Below the pieces are notes generated by a model. It ran no database searches. It had not been told where the DNA came from and saw only the letters and a program-made list of their open reading frames with translations. Positions 57,530 through 64,000 of a stretch of DNA of 64,000 nt are shown one piece after another. This stretch comes from an uncultured Clostridium sp. GTDB taxonomy: Bacteria > Bacillota_I > Bacilli_A > RF39 > UBA660. A program made the translations under genes and the position numbers. The stretch spans positions 134-64,133 of the forward strand of contig CAMKPE010000010.1 in NCBI GenBank assembly GCA_946414595.1. The letters are read 5' to 3'. Numbering within the stretch: the first letter of the stretch is position 1; each line of letters begins with the position of its first letter.

Positions 57530-58402
57530 TCAAAATCTAATTAAAATTACACCAATTATTATAAGAATTGATGCTATTAATTTTTGAACAAATTTCTTTT
57601 TGTTTTTTACTATGAAATATTCATACATTGTATTTAATATTGAAGTTAAAGTAAGTATTGGTGCTACTACTGTAACATTACCTAACTGATATGCTCTTAC
57701 TGATGCTATTAACATAAGACACCAACAAAAACCTGCTAGAATAAATCTTTTTTTATCATATAAATTAAATTCTTCTCTTAGTTTTTTAACAGTTAATCTA
57801 CTTGCAATAGATATTATCACCGCAGGAATAAATACTGTCATCATCGTATACATTGCTAAATTAAAATTATCTGAAATATTAACATTTATAAGCATTGCTA
57901 TTGCAAATAAAAAGTTAGATATAAAACACATTATAAAGTATTTGTTTAATTTTATTTTTCCACCATCAAGTGTAAGTATTATATTAGCAATAATTATTAT
58001 TGCAGCACCCACTATTTTTTTAATAACTATTGCTTCTTTTAAGAAGACAAATCCAAATATCATTAAAAATACTGTGGATAATTGTTTAAGCATACTAAAT
58101 ATTGAAGGATCTAGTCCATATCTTGCTTCTATATTTAATCTATCAGTTGCAGCATATATTACTACTACAAGAAATAATATTAAGTATACACTCATATCAC
58201 TTGGGAAAGTAAATTTAAAAAATGGCAAAAAGAATATTGCAAAAAATGCTGTAAATATTTCTAACAACACAGTAAGTGCACTAGCATCTTTCATATTCCT
58301 ATTTGCTTTCTTAAAGCTTTGGGCAAATGTAACTGAACTAATTAAATAAAATATAGCCCAAAATTTCCAATCGTTAAATATTTCCATTGTTGTTATCACC
58401 AA
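57530..58402 (-). CDS. EamA/DMT-family transporter (10 TM).
   Basis: Two duplicated 5-TM halves. 290 aa, very hydrophobic. Confidence 0.55.
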   Translation of the reverse strand: MVITTMEIFNDWKFWAIFYLISSVTFAQSFKKANRNMKDASALTVLLEIFTAFFAIFFLPFFKFTFPSDMSVYLILFLVVVIYAATDRLNIEARYGLDPSIFSMLKQLSTVFLMIFGFVFLKEAIVIKKIVGAAIIIIANIILTLDGGKIKLNKYFIMCFISNFLFAIAMLINVNISDNFNLAMYTMMTVFIPAVIISIASRLTVKKLREEFNLYDKKRFILAGFCWCLMLIASVRAYQLGNVTVVAPILTLTSILNTMYEYFIVKNKKKFVQKLIASILIIIGVILIRF

Positions 58403-58437
58403 GAATAATTATATCATAAAAAAAGTCTCTTTCGAGA

Positions 58438-58743
58438 CTATCTATTATTAAAGCAACAACAAGATCCACATTGTACATTAGTACATACATTTTCTTCACA
58501 ACAAGTATATCTAGGTTGATATGTATGACGATATACATGATTATTAATTATTTTTGTATTAATTGGACATATATGTGGAACTTCATGCATTATTGTTCTA
58601 TTTACTACTCGCTCTTGCATAGGCTCAATTATTGGTGAAGAGACATTCCCCATCATTGTATTCCCCATATTAAAATCTACATCAACATTAACATCAGCAT
58701 CTCCAAAGAAATTTTGATTAAAACTATTTGAATCTGTAAACAC
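58438..58743 (-). CDS. Small Cys/His-rich protein, 101 aa, possibly CotD-like spore coat protein.
   Basis: IMHEVPHICPINTKIINNHVYRHTYQP resembles the CotD VHPTHCCEH...IVPHIHPQ pattern. C-terminus CCEENVCTNVQCGSCCC. Confidence 0.3.
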   Translation of the reverse strand: MFTDSNSFNQNFFGDADVNVDVDFNMGNTMMGNVSSPIIEPMQERVVNRTIMHEVPHICPINTKIINNHVYRHTYQPRYTCCEENVCTNVQCGSCCCFNNR

Positions 58744-58844
58744 TATTATTCCTCCTATCTGAAATATTTTATGTAAAAATAAGAGAAATGCTATTTTATG
58801 AGCCTATTCATGATATAATTATTCTAATAGAAAGGTATTTTGAT

Positions 58845-59921
58845 ATGGCTTTAATAAAATGTATTGAATGTGGAAAAGAAATAAGCGATAAGGCAGAAAC
58901 ATGCCCAAATTGTGGATACCCAACTGATGCTTCAATTGAACAAGCTGAATTAAAAAAAATTGAAGAAAAATATGAAAAAAGAGAAAAAGAGATAAAGAAT
59001 GTAAAAAAGAAAAAGAAAAGTAAAAGAGAATTAATAATTTTAATTATTGTTCTTGTAATTGCAATTATCGCACTAACACTTTATTTTACGGTTTTTAAAG
59101 GAGGCAAAAGCAGCAAAGATAGTAATAAAGACTATAAAATTGACAATGCTCTTGTTTGTTATAGTAGAGATAGTTTTGGTGCCGGATCATATAAATTAGA
59201 ATTTTTCTTTAGTGGTGAAAAGATGATCAAAATTACGGAATTCTTTATTACCAACTGTAACTACTACCCTACTGATGATCCAAGATTTCCAGACTGTGCA
59301 AACAATTCTTATGGTTATGATGATTATTTAGTTGATAATAATGTAGGATTTATAAAACGTGTAATGGATGTAGTATCTAATCCTTCACAAGCTCACTCCT
59401 TAGTAAGTTTAAAAGATATACGTGCAAACGATTCTCCAAAGGATGTTAAAGATAAACTAGTTAAATACGATTGTGAGAAAAAAGATAATTTAGAAGAAAG
59501 CAAAAACGAAATCGTTCCAGCAAAAGATAGACTTGAAGAAGCTTTAAAGCGCTATGGATATGAAACAAAAAATGGAACAGAATATACACTGGATTACTCA
59601 AATGGTGATTATGTTATGAATTATTCTTTAAATCTTTCTAATAAAACTTATAGATCTTATCAAAAAAGTAAAGGTGTAGAAACTACAATAGTATATAACT
59701 TAAAAACAAAGGTTATTGATCTTACTTTTGTTGAACCTCATGAAAAATATAAATCAACTATTAGTTGGGATTTAAACACTGGAAATTATAATTGTAATTC
59801 TACACAAAACAATTGGTGTAACAAGTATGCTCAAGAATTCGTTGAAGTTACAATAAAAAATACACTTACTACTTTCGAGCAATTGCAAAATAGAGCTCAA
59901 GTTTTCCCAAGTGAATTTTAA
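58845..59921 (+). CDS. Zinc-ribbon plus TM membrane protein with about 270-aa Cys-containing ectodomain.
   Basis: MALIKCIECGKEISDKAETCPNCGYP zinc ribbon. Poly-Lys stretch. TM LIILIIVLVIAIIALTLYF. Start at 58845 with a TATAAT -10 and a gaaagg RBS upstream. Confidence 0.55.
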   Translation: MALIKCIECGKEISDKAETCPNCGYPTDASIEQAELKKIEEKYEKREKEIKNVKKKKKSKRELIILIIVLVIAIIALTLYFTVFKGGKSSKDSNKDYKIDNALVCYSRDSFGAGSYKLEFFFSGEKMIKITEFFITNCNYYPTDDPRFPDCANNSYGYDDYLVDNNVGFIKRVMDVVSNPSQAHSLVSLKDIRANDSPKDVKDKLVKYDCEKKDNLEESKNEIVPAKDRLEEALKRYGYETKNGTEYTLDYSNGDYVMNYSLNLSNKTYRSYQKSKGVETTIVYNLKTKVIDLTFVEPHEKYKSTISWDLNTGNYNCNSTQNNWCNKYAQEFVEVTIKNTLTTFEQLQNRAQVFPSEF

Positions 59922-59927
59922 TAAAAA

Positions 59928-59952
59928 AGAGGCAAATAAAAAAGCCTCTTTT
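59928..59952 (+). terminator. Hairpin aagaggc-aaataaaaaa-gcctctt plus T-run.
   Basis: Perfect 7-bp inverted repeat after the stop of 58845..59921. Confidence 0.5.
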
Positions 59953-60024
59953 AATTATAAAAAAGGTGCATTTATACTATCTTTTAAATATACTTTAGTG
60001 TTATAATATATAATAGGTGATTAT

Positions 60025-61173
60025 ATGAAAAATACGAGTGTATATTGGGATTATGATTCTAATGTTATTAATTTATTTTTAGATGAATTTAAAGAGTTAT
60101 CAGGTTATAGTGATTTCAAATTTAAATACAACTGGGGATTTTATCCAGAAATAGAAGATTATATTAAAAGAGTTATGTATACATCTTTTGCAAGAAGTAA
60201 AGAAATAAGAGGACAACTTCCTACGCTTATACATAATATTGAAGATTTTTTTGCATTCTCAATTAGAGATGGTTTCATATCAAAAACAAATATTAAAAGA
60301 ATACTTGATAGATTAAAAGATAAAGATAATGGATTTAGAGCTATTACACCTTTAGAAGAAAAAGGATGGTATGGTAAAAGAATCAATGATGAAATTCAAC
60401 TTAATCTTAATATGACAACACATGAGAATAGTCCACGTCTTTCAAAAGAAGATATAACAAGACTATATTTATATCATGAAATTGGTCATAAGATTTTAAA
60501 TATTTATAGTAATAAAGATGTTATTGAAAAGTATTTAGCAACAGTTGAGGGAATACTACAAGATATGGGTGTTGAAAAACCTGACGTAGTAATGCCAGAA
60601 CAAATTCCTAGTGGATTCTTAATGATTGAAGAATGTCTTACTCAAGAATTAGCAGAAAAACTAACTTATGAATCTATAGGTAAAAAACGCCCTGATTATA
60701 AAGAAAGACATGAAATATTTAGTATTCAACAAGATGGTGTTGAAACAGGTATCGTATCTACGAACCATGATTTCTATGGATTATTTCAAGAACCAACAAT
60801 TGAGTTTGGAAGAACATTAAGAGGATGCAGTCATAGAACTGCAACAAATGAAGAAATATTATCTTCTATGATTCATAAAGCTTTATATACAAACTTTGAT
60901 GAAGAAGTAATAAGAGAATACTATAGTGGCGATGGTACAAAATTCCAAGACTTATATAGATTATTAAGAACTATGGGTATTATTCTTGATCAAAAATACG
61001 CATCATTTGGGAATGGAAAACCACTGGTTGGTGGAAAAGTTAGTGATTGCTTAAAAGCAGTTGATACATTAACAAGAAGACATGAAGACTTAAGACCTTA
61101 TCCTTCAATAGGATTCAAAAAAATAGATTATACTAAATACTTAGTACAAGGAGTACAAAAAAATACAAAATAG
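60025..61173 (+). CDS. Hypothetical cytoplasmic protein, 382 aa, with an HExxH motif (LYLYHEIGHKI). Putative zinc metallopeptidase.
   Basis: HEIGH motif. Otherwise no recognisable signature. Immediately upstream of the Cys-rich giant secreted protein gene. Confidence 0.4.
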   Translation: MKNTSVYWDYDSNVINLFLDEFKELSGYSDFKFKYNWGFYPEIEDYIKRVMYTSFARSKEIRGQLPTLIHNIEDFFAFSIRDGFISKTNIKRILDRLKDKDNGFRAITPLEEKGWYGKRINDEIQLNLNMTTHENSPRLSKEDITRLYLYHEIGHKILNIYSNKDVIEKYLATVEGILQDMGVEKPDVVMPEQIPSGFLMIEECLTQELAEKLTYESIGKKRPDYKERHEIFSIQQDGVETGIVSTNHDFYGLFQEPTIEFGRTLRGCSHRTATNEEILSSMIHKALYTNFDEEVIREYYSGDGTKFQDLYRLLRTMGIILDQKYASFGNGKPLVGGKVSDCLKAVDTLTRRHEDLRPYPSIGFKKIDYTKYLVQGVQKNTK

Positions 61174-61184
61174 GAGTTTAATGC

Positions 61185-64000
61185 ATGAAGAAATTGTTAT
61201 CAAAAATTACAATTTTATTAATAATGCTTAGTTTCTTTATACCAGTATTCGTTAACGCATGGTCTGATAATATGAATGGTGCATGGAAATATGCATATGC
61301 CTATCAGATTACCATAGTAAAATACGATGGTGAAGGAACCCCAGAAGCATTAGGTAAACCAATACTTGTTTATCATCCAAATCTATTGCAAGATGTTTAC
61401 TACACTACAAATGAAAAAATGCCAAAAAATTATGATGATTTAACACAAAATGCTTGGGGGTATCGACAACTAATCGATCCTAAAGATGATCATGCAATAA
61501 GTCAAATGTATTGGCTATACGAAACTGATGATCTTGATTATAGTGATGCAGACAGTTTTGAACAATTAAAAGAAGCAGTTGACAAACTTAATGCAGATGA
61601 TTTCTCTGCAGAAGGTCTATATGATGTTGCAAAAGACTTAATAGAAGATAAAAATTTGGGGGATGGTTCAATTGTTTGTAGCAAAGTTAGTGGAAGATGT
61701 GAACGTTCTAAAGATGGTGATCAAAGATACTTTAATTACGATCGTAGCGATGTTATATTTGCTCAGCCATATTTAAAAAAAGCTACAAGGGACCCTGAAA
61801 GTGGACGTACTGGTTATAAAAAATTTATTTACACATTTTTAACTCCACAAAGAAAAATAACATACCATGGTAAAGATGTTGATTTAAGCAAATATTATAA
61901 AACTTTTTCCGATTCTAATTTGACAGAAAATAATGTTAATAATGGTTACTTAGAAACTATTGCAAAAAAATATGCTGGAAGCGTTAAAAAAGTACGAGAT
62001 AATTTTGGAATAGACTTAGATTATAAAGATATTGATAAATATTATGTATCTTTTGAACCTGTTCAAAGAGTACTAGATGGTATCAAACAAGATACGGGAA
62101 CTTATTATATAACGTCCCATGAAAAAATAGTAATTAAAGAAGTAACATGGCAAAAAAGTGATTGGGAATTATCAGATGCAGTGTGCAACCGTACTTTCAC
62201 AATACCAACTGGAAGACATAAATATGAAAACAGATTTAGAGTTGAAAATCATTATTGCAATTATAAAGTGAAAGATGGGGTCTCACACTTTCAAGGTTCG
62301 ACATATTATTGGGATGGTCGTGCTTGTTATTCAAAAAGATTTGATTACTGCCGTGCATATCTATTAAAGAACTTACAAAATGGAGTTAAGATTATTAAAA
62401 ACCTATATGGAAGATATGCAGACGGATATAGTCATTTAGAAACATCAAGAAAACTTGGATCAGGAGCAGTATATCTAAATAGAGCAGTCGATTACTGTAA
62501 CGAAGATAAGAATAAACATTGTGTTTTAGAAGATGATAACCAAACATGTAAGAAAGATTCAAGTGGAAACATAATGTATGAGTATTATATTGGTCCAGAT
62601 AGAGATTTAGGTATTACTGGAACACAAGAAAAGAATTACTATAAATTAAGTGGAGCTTGTTATAGTGGAACAGGAACAACAGGAATTAAACATTTCTTTC
62701 TACAAACATTACTTGACTGTCCAGAAGTATGTTCTGCAGCAGGAGAAAAAACAAGTGATTCCTTCTTAGCGTGTGCAGAAAACTTCTGTGAAGCTGAAGT
62801 TGACTATAACAGAAAAGGAAGTCCACAAAAAGCTAAAGAAGCATGTATCTTAACATGTGGATATAGACCACCAGATTATGATAAAAATTCTGGAGAAGGA
62901 ACAACAAATTGCGAAGCAACAAGTCCTTATAAAGATATAAATGAAGTAACAGCAAATGGAACAACAACATGTAATGTTAATGATGATGGATCTGGGAAAG
63001 TATTAAGCGGTCTAATAAAAACATGTGATGGAAATAGAATAGATTCATTTGATGGGGATGATACAAACGATACTCCATTTGATATAAGAAGATATGTTAC
63101 AGTAGCATGTATGGAAACAAGTGCATTTGAATATAAAGATGCATCTAAATTAGAAGTTATAAGAGGAACAGGACTTAATTATAGTGTTGTTCTAAACGGA
63201 GAAAAGAAATGTCAAGCGTATTTTGATGAAGATCAGTGGAAATTTGACTATGCTACTATTTCAGGAAAAGATCCAGACAGAAGAAAAAGATTACTCTATA
63301 TAAAAGAAGTATATAATCATATGTTTGATGATACGTATGATAAAACAAAAAGTGCATATTATGACCCTGACTTTGCAGAACAAGGTGATGGAGAAATAGA
63401 TTGGAATCTTTACTTGTATGACACAAAAAAAGTATCAGTAAAATCACAAATAACAGAAAGCGTATATGGAGAAACAAAGCAAAGTGACCTTGAAACATTA
63501 GTAACTACAGAAGAAACTGGAAAAGCTACAAAGGTTATAATAAATAACGGCGTTGCAAAAAAAATATCAAAAAATAATATAATAGATGAACCTTTTAATA
63601 AATATGAACAAGTGAGCACAGTTAAAGCTACATATCAATTTGATAACAGATGTGTTAGTAATGATGGACTAGGAACAGTTACAAAAGCACCAGCATCAGG
63701 TCTATGTTATCAAACAAAAGATGAACATGGTGTTGTAACACCAGTATATGGACAAAATGTATTCTATACAAATTTACAAGCAGATGTATCTGGTAACAAA
63801 GTAAATACGTTTGCTACTGTAGGAAAAGAAGTAAAAGATGATAATACTTACTATGATGTAAAAGAAAGATGTGATTATACTACTAAAGGTGATGTTATTC
63901 CTCCTAGTAATTATTTATCATGTGATATAAGAATAGATCCAGTAGGTAGTACAGAAGCATGGGGAAATAGTATTTATCATGGAGGAGACGTAACAGCAAC
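61185..64000 (+). CDS. Very large Cys-rich secreted protein. 5' portion only (over 938 codons). Runs off the end of the window.
   Basis: RBS taggag plus ATG at 61185. Signal peptide MKKLLSKITILLIMLSFFIPVFVNA. I read the frame open to position 64000 with more than 40 Cys. Not in the ORF track because no stop lies within the window. Confidence 0.6.
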   Translation, partial: MKKLLSKITILLIMLSFFIPVFVNAWSDNMNGAWKYAYAYQITIVKYDGEGTPEALGKPILVYHPNLLQDVYYTTNEKMPKNYDDLTQNAWGYRQLIDPKDDHAISQMYWLYETDDLDYSDADSFEQLKEAVDKLNADDFSAEGLYDVAKDLIEDKNLGDGSIVCSKVSGRCERSKDGDQRYFNYDRSDVIFAQPYLKKATRDPESGRTGYKKFIYTFLTPQRKITYHGKDVDLSKYYKTFSDSNLTENNVNNGYLETIAKKYAGSVKKVRDNFGIDLDYKDIDKYYVSFEPVQRVLDGIKQDTGTYYITSHEKIVIKEVTWQKSDWELSDAVCNRTFTIPTGRHKYENRFRVENHYCNYKVKDGVSHFQGSTYYWDGRACYSKRFDYCRAYLLKNLQNGVKIIKNLYGRYADGYSHLETSRKLGSGAVYLNRAVDYCNEDKNKHCVLEDDNQTCKKDSSGNIMYEYYIGPDRDLGITGTQEKNYYKLSGACYSGTGTTGIKHFFLQTLLDCPEVCSAAGEKTSDSFLACAENFCEAEVDYNRKGSPQKAKEACILTCGYRPPDYDKNSGEGTTNCEATSPYKDINEVTANGTTTCNVNDDGSGKVLSGLIKTCDGNRIDSFDGDDTNDTPFDIRRYVTVACMETSAFEYKDASKLEVIRGTGLNYSVVLNGEKKCQAYFDEDQWKFDYATISGKDPDRRKRLLYIKEVYNHMFDDTYDKTKSAYYDPDFAEQGDGEIDWNLYLYDTKKVSVKSQITESVYGETKQSDLETLVTTEETGKATKVIINNGVAKKISKNNIIDEPFNKYEQVSTVKATYQFDNRCVSNDGLGTVTKAPASGLCYQTKDEHGVVTPVYGQNVFYTNLQADVSGNKVNTFATVGKEVKDDNTYYDVKERCDYTTKGDVIPPSNYLSCDIRIDPVGSTEAWGNSIYHGGDVTA

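Noticed and set aside
63256-63619. Minus-strand ORFs 63256..63498 and 63410..63619.
   Set aside because: They lie antisense within the long open plus-strand frame of the Cys-rich secreted protein.
1-64000. CRISPR arrays, transposases/IS elements, integrases, prophage structural genes.
   Set aside because: No regularly spaced direct repeats, no DDE/serine/tyrosine recombinase motifs, and no capsid/terminase-like ORFs were seen by eye.

Overview
This is a low-GC (roughly 27-30% GC) window from a spore-forming Firmicute, probably Clostridia or Erysipelotrichia. The backbone is ordinary housekeeping: a suf Fe-S cluster operon (sufC-sufD-sufS-sufU-sufB), scpA/scpB, a dacF-like gene, a SigF/SigG-like sigma factor, spoVAC/spoVAD/spoVAE, pdp, prsA, recX, rpoZ, apt and one tRNA-Leu(CAA). 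Between these sit several regions that cannot be called from memory.

- **Accessory island (10.0-21.5 kb, minus strand), next to tRNA-Leu.** It holds a class-B sortase-like protein with an N-terminal zinc ribbon. Beside it are two tandem-duplicated giant paralogous proteins of 1105 and 1214 aa. Two small WXG100-like proteins sit immediately upstream of them. Further upstream is a 372-aa protein with a helical N-terminus. All three large proteins end in the same module: a Gly/Ala glycine-zipper hydrophobic helix followed by a K/E/D-rich acidic tail. The two giants also carry GPHTG just before that module. I read this as a candidate secreted, surface-anchored effector system (T7SSb-like or noncanonical sortase substrate). 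No core secretion machinery is present in the window.
- **Three tandem paralogous genes (45.2-47.3 kb).** Each is about 208 aa, starts MxDGWTGI and ends LGKQQAE. Each has its own RBS and a near-identical terminator. Two YjcZ-like hydrophobic micro-ORFs (26-28 aa), missed by the ORF track, lie beside them.
- **A roughly 600-nt GC-rich (45-50% GC) non-coding stretch (55.8-56.4 kb).** It lies directly upstream of, and co-oriented with, a small 4-TM DUF21/CNNM-like membrane protein. This matches the OLE RNA / OapA arrangement. I ruled out RNase P RNA and tmRNA by motif.
- **Cargo locus at 0.3-9.1 kb.** It contains two paralogous soluble HExxH...NEGYT gluzincin-like metallopeptidases flanking an ABC transporter, a GtrB/GtrC-like glycosylation pair, an orphan HslU/ClpX-like AAA+ ATPase and a CYTH protein.
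- **Other items.** These include an orphan TraG/VirD4-like ATPase with no transmembrane domain, a clostripain-like C11 protease with a zinc-ribbon anchor, and several other proteins with the same zinc-ribbon-plus-TM architecture. A very large Cys-rich secreted protein runs off the 3' end of the window.

No CRISPR array, integrase or transposase is visible.
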